IMG/VR virus record: IMGVR_UViG_3300032309_001984
Location: 1-56,263 of that record
Direction: 5' to 3' (one strand)
DNA: 56,263 nt
DNA from: a virus
Taxonomy: Duplodnaviria; Caudoviricetes
Below, piece by piece: positions 46,239-56,186 of this stretch. Position 1 is the stretch's first letter; every line of letters starts with the position of its first letter. The notes under the pieces were generated by a model. It was not told where the DNA came from and ran no database searches. It saw nothing but the letters and a program-made list of their open reading frames with translations. Made by a program: the position numbers and the translations under genes.

Positions 46239-47930
46239 GTGGCAGAAGAGAATATTGACAATACCGTTAGTGGTAGTGGGCTCTTTAATACCAAAATTCC
46301 AGGTCTCGGAGACGCAGCCGACATTCAGGCAGCGCTCAGACTTTATCATTATGGATCATATACTTATGATGGTGCAAATACTAATACAGCAAGTCTTGTA
46401 AACCCATCAATTGCAAAGCACCTTCAAAACCTTGTAGATGCCGATGCTGCAGAAGTAATAAACAGAAATGCAGCAATTGCAGTAGAAACAACAAACAGAA
46501 ATGCAGCAATTACAGCCCACAATGCAACAACATTAAATGTTCATGGTATAGCAAATACAGCACTTCTTACAACAAAAAGTTATGTAGATACAGCAGATTC
46601 AACTTTACAAACACAAATAAATACTCTTTCTTCAACCATTGGACTTCAAACAACACTAATATCTAAAAATTCTAGTTTTACGCTAGAGGCTACAGATGCT
46701 GGTAAAACTATATTGCTTGATACGTCTTCTTCTATGAATTTAACTATCCCAACAAATTTATCGGTGTCAATTCCTGTTGGGTATCAATATTTTGTCATAG
46801 AGGCAGGATCTGGAAGAACAACATTTACACCAGCAGCAGGAGTAACGCTAAATAGTAAAAATTCACAAATGTATATTGACACACAGTATGGTAAAGCAAC
46901 ACTTTTGAAAGTTGCAACAAATTCTTGGATTATCTATGGAGATATTTATGAAAATGTCTCTACACCAACACCAGTTTTCCCAACACCTACACCTGTAGCA
47001 CCAGTGGCACCTACACCTGTACACGTAGATCCAGCACCTACACCAGTTGCCCCTACACCAGTCGCACCTACACCCGTAGCACCAGTCGCACCTACACCAG
47101 TTGCCCCTACACCCGTAGCACCAGTCGCACCTACACCAGTAGCACCAGTCGCACCTACACCAGTAGCACCAGTCGCACCTACACCAGTCGCACCAGTCGC
47201 ACCTACACCCGTAGCACCAGTCGCACCAGTCGCACCAGTTGCACCCGTTGCTCCAACATCAACACCTTACTTCCCACCTCCATACTTCTCATCACTATGG
47301 GGCGGAGGACCTACAGCACCCGTAGCACCTGTTGCTCCTACACCAACCCCACCACCTTACTTCCCACCACCTTATTTCTCTGCTAACTGGGGTGGAGGAC
47401 CTACACCTGTTGCTCCCGTAGCACCTACACCTACACCCGTAGCACCAGTCGCACCTACACCTACACCAGTTGCACCTGTAGCACCCGTTGCGCCAGTCGC
47501 ACCTGTTGCTCCTGTTGCTCCAACATCAACACCTTACTTCCCACCACCTTATTTCTCTGCTAACTGGGGCGGAGGACCTACACCTACACCTGTTGCTCCC
47601 GTAGCACCTACACCTACGCCCGTTGCTCCCGTAGCACCTACACCTACACCCGTAGCACCAGTCGCACCTACACCTACACCTGTTGCACCTGTTGCACCAA
47701 CAGCACCAAATCCATTTTTCCCACCATTCTTCCCACCAGCATTCCCGTTCTTCCCACCGTTCTTCCCACCATCATTCCCGTTCTTCCCACCAACATTTGG
47801 AGGACCAGCCCCTGTTGCTCCAACAGCACCACCATTCTTCCCACCTTACTTCCCACCACCATATTTCTCTGCTAACTGGGGTGGAAGAGTGAATCCAGAT
47901 ATTATTGATCAAACAAAAAATAAGGCATAA
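46239..47930 (+). CDS. Tail-associated protein with extensin/AGP-like Pro-rich C-terminal half
   Basis: Fibre-like N-terminal 240 aa, then about 310 aa of PVAP/PTP repeats, four [14 protein letters not shown] copies and an FFPP block. Confidence 0.8.
   Translation: MAEENIDNTVSGSGLFNTKIPGLGDAADIQAALRLYHYGSYTYDGANTNTASLVNPSIAKHLQNLVDADAAEVINRNAAIAVETTNRNAAITAHNATTLNVHGIANTALLTTKSYVDTADSTLQTQINTLSSTIGLQTTLISKNSSFTLEATDAGKTILLDTSSSMNLTIPTNLSVSIPVGYQYFVIEAGSGRTTFTPAAGVTLNSKNSQMYIDTQYGKATLLKVATNSWIIYGDIYENVSTPTPVFPTPTPVAPVAPTPVHVDPAPTPVAPTPVAPTPVAPVAPTPVAPTPVAPVAPTPVAPVAPTPVAPVAPTPVAPVAPTPVAPVAPVAPVAPVAPTSTPYFPPPYFSSLWGGGPTAPVAPVAPTPTPPPYFPPPYFSANWGGGPTPVAPVAPTPTPVAPVAPTPTPVAPVAPVAPVAPVAPVAPTSTPYFPPPYFSANWGGGPTPTPVAPVAPTPTPVAPVAPTPTPVAPVAPTPTPVAPVAPTAPNPFFPPFFPPAFPFFPPFFPPSFPFFPPTFGGPAPVAPTAPPFFPPYFPPPYFSANWGGRVNPDIIDQTKNKA
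46962..47886 (+). repeat. Coding tandem repeats (PVAPVAPT units and [12 protein letters not shown] units)
   Basis: Repeated CCAGTCGCACCTACA-type units. Confidence 0.9.
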
Positions 47931-47931
47931 A

Positions 47932-48519
47932 ATGAAAAAAGCATACATGCTAAATAATGTATTAGAAATTCATGAATTAAAAAATTTACAAAACTATGCA
48001 TTGCACATGTGGGCAAATGATAAGAGCACGTATAGTGAAGCATTTGGAAGGCACCAATGGACAGTGTGGGGTGAAAATATTCCAGAACACATGAAGCCTT
48101 TACAAAGATTTCATGATATGCTTTTGCCACTTGCAAAAAAAGAATTTGAATCTGAAACTTTAAAACCATCTTGGTGTCTTTTAAGTATTTATGAAGGAGA
48201 AAAAGCAAATTTGTGGAAGCATGTAGATGATAATGCTTGTACATATCATATAAATCTTACAGTTTTTCATAAAACTGCCTGGGATTTTTATGTAGAAGGA
48301 GAAAAGTTTAGTCCACAAGAAAATGATGCAGTTATATCTTATGGAAATGATCAAGAGCATTGGAGAGAAGATTTTACAGATCCAGAGCATAACCTAGTTG
48401 TTAATGCATTTTTCTTTTATTGTGAACCAGATCATTGGTATTTTACAGAAGGCCCAAACTATTTATTTAATACAATTAGAAAAAAAGAAGATCCAAATAA
48501 AGACATTATGAGCATGTAA
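47932..48519 (+). CDS. 2OG-Fe(II) oxygenase (phage type)
   Basis: L.KHVDDNAC, YG....HWRE, FF.Y. Confidence 0.75.
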   Translation: MKKAYMLNNVLEIHELKNLQNYALHMWANDKSTYSEAFGRHQWTVWGENIPEHMKPLQRFHDMLLPLAKKEFESETLKPSWCLLSIYEGEKANLWKHVDDNACTYHINLTVFHKTAWDFYVEGEKFSPQENDAVISYGNDQEHWREDFTDPEHNLVVNAFFFYCEPDHWYFTEGPNYLFNTIRKKEDPNKDIMSM

Positions 48520-48520
48520 A

Positions 48521-49543
48521 ATGAAAAAGATTTTTTTTCAACTTTATAACCCATGCGGATTATTTAATCAGGTAACAAGCATTGAGTTAGGAGTAGGATT
48601 GTCAACAATAACTGGAAGGCAAATGGTTTGGCACAATATAAACAATCCACCAGATGGAAACTATGGCCACAAAAGAGTTCCAATATATTCTGCAAATTAT
48701 CAATTTAATAATAGAAGCGAAAAGGTTGATACAAATGTTTTTCCAAAAATAACAGATTTCCTTAATTGGAAAAATAAAGAAAATGAAATCTTTATTGATG
48801 ATACTGTAGAGGTATTTTCTTCAGAAACTCAAAATATTAAAAATTTAATGACATATTATTATTCAAAAGAAGAAGATAGCGATTTTTCTGAAGGAAGAGA
48901 GTTGTTTAATCTTGACGAAAATAAAGACTGGGACATAAGGAAAACGCTTGGGTACTACAGTAGATTTTTTAATAATAGAACAAAAGATTTAGACTCTTCT
49001 CTTTCTTCTGTAAGATTTAAAGAGGAATATTATCAACTATCAGAAAATATTGCAAAATCACTTGGAGATTTTAATGGCGCACACTTAAGATTAGCAGACC
49101 ATAAGCCAATGATCAATATATCTTCAAACTCTTTTAGCGAAGGTCTTTCAAGTTTAAATAAAGAAAGGTTAATTGTTTTATCAACAGATGAACCAAAAAG
49201 CGATGTCATAAAAAATTCTGATTATAGAGTTCTTTTGCTTGATAGATATATATTAAAAAATTTTTATAAAGAATTTAGAGATTTGCCTTTTAAAGAAGAA
49301 GTTTCTTTTGGAATAATAAATAATCTTGTTTTGCATCATAGTAAAGATTTTATTGGAACACCTGGAAGTACATATACAGGTTATATTCATAGGAATATAA
49401 ATCAAAAAACAGAAATTGGGTTTAAATTGTTTGAAGAAAAAAATCATCAGCCAACTGGTAAATATTCTTGGAATGGTTATAATAATAAAGATAGTTTTAC
49501 AAAGCAGTGGTGGAGAGAGTGGAAAGAGTCAAAATATGCATAG
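48521..49543 (+). CDS. O-fucosyltransferase-like (GT-B) glycosyltransferase
   Basis: GLFNQ, AHLRLAD, LSTDE, FIGTPGSTYT. Confidence 0.75.
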   Translation: MKKIFFQLYNPCGLFNQVTSIELGVGLSTITGRQMVWHNINNPPDGNYGHKRVPIYSANYQFNNRSEKVDTNVFPKITDFLNWKNKENEIFIDDTVEVFSSETQNIKNLMTYYYSKEEDSDFSEGRELFNLDENKDWDIRKTLGYYSRFFNNRTKDLDSSLSSVRFKEEYYQLSENIAKSLGDFNGAHLRLADHKPMINISSNSFSEGLSSLNKERLIVLSTDEPKSDVIKNSDYRVLLLDRYILKNFYKEFRDLPFKEEVSFGIINNLVLHHSKDFIGTPGSTYTGYIHRNINQKTEIGFKLFEEKNHQPTGKYSWNGYNNKDSFTKQWWREWKESKYA

Positions 49544-50177
49544 TCTAAATCATATTTTAGGAATTCACGGCCTAAAACCAAAAACAGTTTTACATGTTGG
49601 TGCACATATGGCACAAGAATTACAAATGTATAAAGATTTTGGTGCAGAATCTGGAGTTTTTATTGAGGCTGATCCAACAATATATCCTAGGCTCTCTGAT
49701 TCTCTTATAGATGAAGAAAATTGGAATACAATCGAGGCTTTAATTTCAGATGTTGATGACATTGAAGTTGATTTTTGGATATCAGATAATGATAGAATGA
49801 GTTCTAGTTTATTAAAACCAGGTCTTCATCTAACAGAACATCCAAACGTTAGGTTTAGACCTATTCCAATAAAAATTAAAACAAAAACTCTAGACTCTTT
49901 AAATCTAGGAAAATTTGATCTTGTTGTTATGGATGTTCAGGGGGCAGAATTAAAAGTTTTAAAGGGTGGTGTAGAAACATTTAAAAATGCAGATGCTTTG
50001 TGGCTTGAAGTTGCACTTGGAGGACTCTATGAAGGTGACTGTAGCATTAATGATCTTGTAGAATTTTTATCTAAGTTTGATTTTTATCCAGCATATGTTT
50101 TAATTGGTAGTACACTATGGGGAGATGCATTTTTTGTTAAAAGGAATACATTAATATCAAGAAGATTGGAACAATAA
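49536..50177 (+). CDS. FkbM-family methyltransferase
   Basis: LHVGAH, IEADP, SSSLL, MDVQGAELKVLKG, WGDA. Confidence 0.9.
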   Translation: MHSLNHILGIHGLKPKTVLHVGAHMAQELQMYKDFGAESGVFIEADPTIYPRLSDSLIDEENWNTIEALISDVDDIEVDFWISDNDRMSSSLLKPGLHLTEHPNVRFRPIPIKIKTKTLDSLNLGKFDLVVMDVQGAELKVLKGGVETFKNADALWLEVALGGLYEGDCSINDLVEFLSKFDFYPAYVLIGSTLWGDAFFVKRNTLISRRLEQ

Positions 50178-50178
50178 A

Positions 50179-51210
50179 ATGAAGACAGCATTAGTTTTAG
50201 GAGCAGGTGGTTTTATAGGAAGCCACATGGTAAAAAGATTAAAATCAGAAGGATATTGGGTTAGAGGTGTTGATTTAAAACATCCAGACTTTTCAAATAC
50301 AGAAGCAGATGAGTTTATTGAAAGAGATTTGTCCGTGTATGAAAATGTTGAAAAAGTAATTCAATTTAAAGGATATCAAGGAAACTTTTATCACGAAGTT
50401 CCATATAAATCAATAACTTCTTTTGATGAAATATATCAATTTGCAGCCGATATGGGTGGCGCAGGATATATCTTCACTGGTTTAAATGATTCTCAGATTA
50501 TGGAAAACTCTGCACTAATAAACCTTAATCTTTTAAGAGCACAGTCAAGATTAAACGCAAAATATGATATTAACAAAACAAAAATATTTTATTCAAGTTC
50601 TGCTTGTATGTATCCAGATTACAAACAGTTAGATGTTAACAATCCTGGACTTAAGGAGTCTGATGCATACCCTGCAGATCCTGACAGTGAGTATGGTTGG
50701 GAGAAACTGTTTAGTGAAAGAATGTTCTTGGCCTTTAATAGAAACAATAAGATTCCAGTAGCCATCGCCAGATATCATAATATTTATGGACCAGAAGGAA
50801 CTTGGGATGGTGGAAAAGAAAAGGCACCTGCTGCGATGTGTCGAAAAGTTATACAAGCAGATGGCTTTATAGAAATTTGGGGGGATGGAGAACAAACTCG
50901 ATCATTCCTATATATAGACGAATGCATAGAAGCAACAAGAAGGCTTATGCAGTCAGACTTTACGGGCCCAGTTAATATTGGGTCTGAAGAGATGGTTACA
51001 ATTAATCAACTGGTAGACATTGCCTGCAGTATTGAGGGTAAAGTTTTAAGTAAGATGCATGTTCCTGGTCCTCTTGGAGTTAGAGGTAGAAATTCTAATA
51101 ATGACTTAGTTAGGGAAAAGTTAAATTGGGATTACTCAATGTCTCTTAAAGATGGAATTCAAAAAACTTATAACTGGATACTTCAAGAAACAAAAAAGAA
51201 CCCCTCCTAA
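50179..51210 (+). CDS. GDP-mannose 3,5-epimerase-like SDR
   Basis: GAGGFIG, AADMGGAG, SSSACMYP, YGWEK, EKAPAA.CRK, GVRGRNS. Confidence 0.9.
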   Translation: MKTALVLGAGGFIGSHMVKRLKSEGYWVRGVDLKHPDFSNTEADEFIERDLSVYENVEKVIQFKGYQGNFYHEVPYKSITSFDEIYQFAADMGGAGYIFTGLNDSQIMENSALINLNLLRAQSRLNAKYDINKTKIFYSSSACMYPDYKQLDVNNPGLKESDAYPADPDSEYGWEKLFSERMFLAFNRNNKIPVAIARYHNIYGPEGTWDGGKEKAPAAMCRKVIQADGFIEIWGDGEQTRSFLYIDECIEATRRLMQSDFTGPVNIGSEEMVTINQLVDIACSIEGKVLSKMHVPGPLGVRGRNSNNDLVREKLNWDYSMSLKDGIQKTYNWILQETKKNPS

Positions 51211-51217
51211 GAGGGGT
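51193..51217. terminator. Terminator between convergent genes
   Basis: ACCCCTC-CTAA-GAGGGGT with an A run on the left (U tail on the minus strand). Confidence 0.6.
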
Positions 51218-51231
51218 CCTAATTTGATATA

Positions 51232-51795
51232 TTATTTAGGAAATTTACTCATCCACATTTTGGTCTTTGGGGTAATGCCCTTCCAAGAAGACCAATCATC
51301 TCCACCCTTTGTCATGTAGTATACAATTTCTGCATTCTTCACGGGATTGAATAATTCAGCATTAGAGTCCAAGTCAAACTTATCCCTACGATCAGGACCA
51401 AGTGTATCAATCATATTAATTTGGAACATTCCATAAGAGGAGTCCCCAGTCTTGTGGTTGCCATTAAATGCCAAAGGCCTACCATTAGATTCTTTCTTGG
51501 CAATGGCCCAAGCCACTACAAGATCTTGCCCCTTAAACCCTACAAGGGAAAGGAGTTGCTTTAGTTCAATATCGGTCAGAGATGTCTTATTCTCAAAACT
51601 CTCTAGCCTTTTTGCCTTAGAAACCAAAAAAACCTCTTTCGAGGCGGTTTCCGATGTTTGAGCCTGTTTCAGGCTAAGGTTGTTCTTAGTATCAAGATCT
51701 GAAATAGCATTAGCAGAGTTAGACATAACCGTTACTAATGCTACAATACTGAGTGTGCTAATGATCTCTTTGTTTCTTTCGATAAATTTAATCAT
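51232..51795 (-). CDS. Secreted lytic transglycosylase/lysozyme-like protein
   Basis: Signal/TM segment; AWAIAKKES catalytic Glu, GMFQIN, LFNPVKNA, W..W. Confidence 0.8.
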   Translation of the reverse strand: MIKFIERNKEIISTLSIVALVTVMSNSANAISDLDTKNNLSLKQAQTSETASKEVFLVSKAKRLESFENKTSLTDIELKQLLSLVGFKGQDLVVAWAIAKKESNGRPLAFNGNHKTGDSSYGMFQINMIDTLGPDRRDKFDLDSNAELFNPVKNAEIVYYMTKGGDDWSSWKGITPKTKMWMSKFPK

Positions 51796-51937
51796 AGTTT
51801 CCTCCTTAGAAAACAATAACACCTTGGTAGGTGTTACTACCTAGTATAACATAATTTTACCCCAAAAGTCAAATTTAGCGTATATTTTTTATTTTAATAT
51901 TTTGGTATGATAAACTTATATTGTAGATGGAGAAATA

Positions 51938-52165
51938 ATGTCTAAATGGGACGAATGGAAAATTGCAAGTGGGGCTACAAAGCCATGGCACCTTTTAAAT
52001 CCAAATCAGTATTCAGAAGAAGAGGGTTTGGCTAGAAAAAGGCTCTTAATTTGTCAAGGGTGTCCACAATTAATTAAACTAACAACTCAGTGCAAAAAAT
52101 GTGGGTGCATAATGAGCCTAAAAACTAAACTAGAGGCTGCAACATGCCCATTGGGTAAGTGGTAA
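51938..52165 (+). CDS. Small Cys-rich protein (C..C ... CKKCGC ... CPLGKW)
   Basis: Common phage Cys-rich family. Confidence 0.75.
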   Translation: MSKWDEWKIASGATKPWHLLNPNQYSEEEGLARKRLLICQGCPQLIKLTTQCKKCGCIMSLKTKLEAATCPLGKW

Positions 52166-52229
52166 TTTTAAATGTTACTTGTGTAAATTATCAGACAACT
52201 AAATTCTATAGAGTGGTATAATAAAGATT

Positions 52230-52781
52230 ATGGCTACAGGCGTATCATCTAATTATCCTACTATGAAGTTTCCTCTTGCTTCAGATCCCGTGAATGTACA
52301 CGGAGACATTAAAGTGCTTGTTGATGCCCTTAATGATATTTTGCCACCACTAGGAATGACCAGTGTTTCTTCACCAGTTAGAAATAATACCAATTTTGTC
52401 TTGTCTGCTGGAACTCCAGTTTATATTACAGGAAATGTTTCTCATAGTGGACAGATGAAAACAACGGTAGAAAGATATAATCCATCAAGTCTAACTCATA
52501 ATCCAGATGCACCAATACTTGGATTAATACAAACAGGAATTTCTGCATTAAGTGATGGTGTTGCTGTTGTGTCTGGAGTTTTACAGATGAATACTTCTGG
52601 TATAGGTGCTCCAGGAACTAAGGTTTATATTAACTCAAGTGGAGAACTTGTTGGAGGAAGACCTTTAACTGGTCCAGCAAGATATGTTGCAGTAGTTGCC
52701 GTTCAAGGAACACAAGGTTTGCTTGTTGTTCAGACAAAAGGCAATGGTACTTGGGGAGCACTCAAAGACGGATTGTCGTGA
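52230..52781 (+). CDS. Virion structural protein
   Basis: Tail module context; leaderless promoter. Confidence 0.65.
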   Translation: MATGVSSNYPTMKFPLASDPVNVHGDIKVLVDALNDILPPLGMTSVSSPVRNNTNFVLSAGTPVYITGNVSHSGQMKTTVERYNPSSLTHNPDAPILGLIQTGISALSDGVAVVSGVLQMNTSGIGAPGTKVYINSSGELVGGRPLTGPARYVAVVAVQGTQGLLVVQTKGNGTWGALKDGLS

Positions 52782-52793
52782 TATAATAACATT

Positions 52794-53177
52794 ATGGCTA
52801 CCTTTAGAAATCAACCAACAGACTCTTATGCACTAGGTGCAGCACCACCAGAAATTCGTTGGACAGTTGTTCGTGGCGATTCAGCAGCCTTTCGTGTTTA
52901 TGTAACCAACGATGCAAGAGAGCCACTTCTTCTTGAAGACTGGCAAGTTAAAATGGACATTCGTCGTAATGCAAGCCTTGTTCTTTCTTTGTCCCCTCAG
53001 CCAATTGAGTTTCAAGATACAGAGGGAAGTTTTACTGTAAACCTTACGTCCTCACAATCTGAACTTCTTCAGACAGGAGACATCTTCGATATTCAACTCA
53101 CAGAACTTCTATCAGAAGGCAGAGTTTGGACGGTAGCCAAAGGGTCAATGGTTATTATTGAAGATGTAACACAGTAA
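52794..53177 (+). CDS. Virion structural protein (BppU-like)
   Basis: WTVVRGDS ... FDIQ ... WTVAKG....EDVT; paralog of 42433. Confidence 0.65.
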   Translation: MATFRNQPTDSYALGAAPPEIRWTVVRGDSAAFRVYVTNDAREPLLLEDWQVKMDIRRNASLVLSLSPQPIEFQDTEGSFTVNLTSSQSELLQTGDIFDIQLTELLSEGRVWTVAKGSMVIIEDVTQ

Positions 53178-53383
53178 TGCCAACACACCAATTAGCACAT
53201 GCACAGGTACAAGAACTTGATTTAAGAAGAGTTCGTATAGATCACATACAACCAAAAGCAAGAGTTCAAGAGGTTTTGCCTTTTAGGGTACAGTTTATCA
53301 ATGTAAGTGTGTTTGGGTATTCAAAAACAAACCCTGCCCCAATTCCACTTCAGGTTATTGGATACAGCAACTATATTCTTTAA
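53177..53383 (+). CDS. Hypothetical virion-associated protein
   Basis: TAATG coupling. Confidence 0.6.
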   Translation: MPTHQLAHAQVQELDLRRVRIDHIQPKARVQEVLPFRVQFINVSVFGYSKTNPAPIPLQVIGYSNYIL

Positions 53384-53415
53384 TTAGATAGTTAAAAGGG
53401 TGATATAATTACCAC

Positions 53416-53862
53416 ATGGCTAAAATATCAATCTCAAACGTAAAGGCCCTGTTTCAAACAGGAGACAGACCTACTCAAGAAAATTATGTAGATCTAATTG
53501 ATACCGCAGCAGCCCAAGCAACAGATTTGGGTTCTTCAGGTAACAATGAAAATACAATAAGTGGAATTGAAAACTTAACTGTTATTGATTCTTTTGATGC
53601 CACAGTTTGGCGTATGGTCAAGTATATTATTTCAATATCAAAGACTACTGCAGGGGACAATAAGTTCTATGCAACCGAATTAACAATTCTTGCTGATGGT
53701 ACAAATGTATCTGTTAGTGAGTATGGAACAATCGACAATGATGGGAATATTGGCACCATTAATGTCTCTCGCACTGGAAATACCGTGGCTATTACAGTCA
53801 CTCCAGATAATGCGATCAAGCCAGTCACCGTACGATATGCTCGTTTGGGACTTAAGGCGTAA
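53416..53862 (+). CDS. Virion structural protein
   Basis: FQTGDRPTQ..Y.DLID N-terminus; EYG-containing C-terminal domain similar to the end of 53881. Confidence 0.7.
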   Translation: MAKISISNVKALFQTGDRPTQENYVDLIDTAAAQATDLGSSGNNENTISGIENLTVIDSFDATVWRMVKYIISISKTTAGDNKFYATELTILADGTNVSVSEYGTIDNDGNIGTINVSRTGNTVAITVTPDNAIKPVTVRYARLGLKA

Positions 53863-53880
53863 TAAAAGGAGATATAAAAA

Positions 53881-55641
53881 ATGGCAACAGTAAATAAAGA
53901 TTTTAAAATTAAGAGTGGTTTAGTCGTTGAAGGTTCATCAGCAACAGTTGGCGGATTTGACGTTCTTACAAAGAAGCAAGCAGATCAAGATTACATCGTT
54001 GGTCTTATTGGTGGTACAGCAACATCTGCTAATACTGCAAATACAGTTGTAAAGCGTGATGCATCAGGTAACTTTGCTGCAGGAACAATTACAGCAGCAT
54101 TAACTGGTAATGCAAGTACAGCAACAACACTTGCCACAGCAAGAACTATTGCTGGTCAATCATTTGACGGTAGTGCTAATGTTAGCATTGCACCAACAGA
54201 CTTAACAGGAGTAACTGCAACAGCAGCAGAAATTAATATTCTTGATGGAGCAACACTTTCAACAGCAGAATTAAACATCCTTGACGGTGTAACTGCAAGT
54301 GCATCAGAACTTAATATTCTTGATGGAGTTACAGCATCTACAGCAGAACTTAACTTTGTTGACGGAGTAACTTCAGCAATTCAGGATCAGATTAATGCTA
54401 AGGCACCATCTGCTTCACCAACATTTACAGGTACAGTTTCTGGTATTGACAAGACTATGGTTGGTCTTGGAAACGTAGACAATACTTCTGATGCTAACAA
54501 GCCAGTTTCAACTGCTACACAAACAGCACTTGACCTAAAGGCTCCTCTTGCATCACCAGCCCTAACAGGCACACCTACTGCTCCTACAGCAACTGCAGGA
54601 ACAAGTACAACACAGGTTGCTACAACAGCATTCGTAGGAACAGCAGTAGCAAACCTTGTAGGAACAGCAGCAGAAGCATTAAATACACTTGGAGAATTGT
54701 CAGATGCACTTGCAGATGATCCAAACTTTGCTACAAGTATTGCTACATCAATAGGAACAAAGGTTTCAAAGTCTGGAGATACAATGACTGGACTTCTTGT
54801 CCTTTCAGCAGATCCATCAGCAAACCTTGGAGCAGCAACAAAGCAGTATGTTGATACAGCAGAATCAGATGCAGTGAACGCAGCAGGAACTGCAGCAGAC
54901 ACAAAGATTGCAACTGCAGTAGGAGCATTGACAAAGTCTTCAGTAGGACTTGGAAATGTTGACAATACTTCAGACGCAAACAAACCAGTTTCAACTGCAC
55001 AGGCTGCAGCAATTGCAACAGCAAAGACTGAAGCACAAGCATACGCAGATGCACTTACAACATCTGATGTAGCAGAAGGAACAGCACAGTACTTCACAGA
55101 TGCTCGTGCTAAGTCTTCAGCAGCATCACTTTTGACTGGTGCAACACTTTCAAACATCACAATCACAGGAACAGGTGCAGGACTTACTATCACCGCAGAA
55201 AACGGTGTGGCAGACTCTACAACATCTGATCTTGCAGAAGGTACAAATAAGTACTTCACAGATGCTCGTGCTCGCACTGCGGTAGATGGAACAGATCGTT
55301 CATTTACATCAGTTGCAATTAACTCAGTTGCTAAGCAGGTTGCAGCAACTCTATCAGCACCAACAGCAGGAGTTCAGACAGCCCACGCTTTTGCAAAGGC
55401 TGATTATCGTTCAGCAGAATACCTTGTAAAGATTGCCAATGGAAGTCACACAGATATTTCAAAGGTACTATTAACACTTGATTCTTCAGATAACATTGCA
55501 ATCACTGAATACGGAATGGTCTCAACAGGATCATCTCTTGGATCAGTTTCAGCATCAATCTCAGGAGCAAATGTACAACTTCAAGTAACAACTGCCAACA
55601 ACACTTCAACAGTGACTGTTGTCGGAACATTGCTTGCGTAA
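53881..55641 (+). CDS. Tail fibre protein
   Basis: Repeats ELNILDGVTAS (x4), VGLGNVDNTSDANKPVSTA (x2), TTSD.AEGT..YFTDARA (x2), PALTGTPTAPT. Confidence 0.85.
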   Translation: MATVNKDFKIKSGLVVEGSSATVGGFDVLTKKQADQDYIVGLIGGTATSANTANTVVKRDASGNFAAGTITAALTGNASTATTLATARTIAGQSFDGSANVSIAPTDLTGVTATAAEINILDGATLSTAELNILDGVTASASELNILDGVTASTAELNFVDGVTSAIQDQINAKAPSASPTFTGTVSGIDKTMVGLGNVDNTSDANKPVSTATQTALDLKAPLASPALTGTPTAPTATAGTSTTQVATTAFVGTAVANLVGTAAEALNTLGELSDALADDPNFATSIATSIGTKVSKSGDTMTGLLVLSADPSANLGAATKQYVDTAESDAVNAAGTAADTKIATAVGALTKSSVGLGNVDNTSDANKPVSTAQAAAIATAKTEAQAYADALTTSDVAEGTAQYFTDARAKSSAASLLTGATLSNITITGTGAGLTITAENGVADSTTSDLAEGTNKYFTDARARTAVDGTDRSFTSVAINSVAKQVAATLSAPTAGVQTAHAFAKADYRSAEYLVKIANGSHTDISKVLLTLDSSDNIAITEYGMVSTGSSLGSVSASISGANVQLQVTTANNTSTVTVVGTLLA

Positions 55642-55676
55642 TAAAAAATAAAAATAGTTGGAAGAGGGAGTAATAA

Positions 55677-56129
55677 ATGGCAACAGTCGATAAAGACTTT
55701 AAGGTCAAGAATGGACTACAGGTCGCAGGATCTGGTAGTTTTGGAGGAACCTTAACAGTAGCAAGCCCAACAGAGAATTCACATGTAGCAACAAAGGCAT
55801 ATGTAGATTCTTTAACAGGTATGACTGTATCATCAACGGCTCCCTCTTCACCAACAAACGGTAAGCAGTGGTTAGACACAACAACAAATAGAGTTAATTT
55901 TTATTATGATGGAACTTGGTATACTCAAGCAACTATTGATGATACAAATAACTTACCACAACATATTCACGATACCGCAATTGATGGAACTGGTTTCATT
56001 GTATCTCAGTTCTATGAAGGTGGATCATTCAACAGCCCATTGGGTGTAGGTTTGGATGCAGGTGGACCAGACTCAACAGTTTGGACAGTTGTATTCGATG
56101 GCGGTAGTGTAGTAGATAACTTCAATTAA
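55677..56129 (+). CDS. Tail fibre-associated protein
   Basis: MATVDKDFKVKNGL shared with 53881; ATKAYVD, APSSPTNG..W.D. Confidence 0.75.
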   Translation: MATVDKDFKVKNGLQVAGSGSFGGTLTVASPTENSHVATKAYVDSLTGMTVSSTAPSSPTNGKQWLDTTTNRVNFYYDGTWYTQATIDDTNNLPQHIHDTAIDGTGFIVSQFYEGGSFNSPLGVGLDAGGPDSTVWTVVFDGGSVVDNFN

Positions 56130-56186
56130 AACAGGGGTTATAATAAGATAAGTTAATGGGCAGCCCCCATAAAGGAGAAATAAAAT

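Noticed and set aside
47712-47800. Resemblance of FFPPFF to fungal cyclic peptides such as antamanide
   Set aside because: No leader or prolyl-oligopeptidase macrocyclase is visible; low-complexity convergence is more likely
46962-47886. Tandem repeats as a CRISPR array or DGR template
   Set aside because: Repeats are in frame, vary at synonymous positions and have no unique spacers; no cas or reverse transcriptase gene in the window
47683-47892. His-rich alternative-frame ORF
   Set aside because: Frame-shifted reading of CCA-rich Pro codons; no independent start signals
54387-55277. 296 aa antisense ORF inside the tail fibre gene
   Set aside because: Mirror of Ala/Thr-rich GCA/ACA codons that lack antisense stops; no SD or recognisable domain
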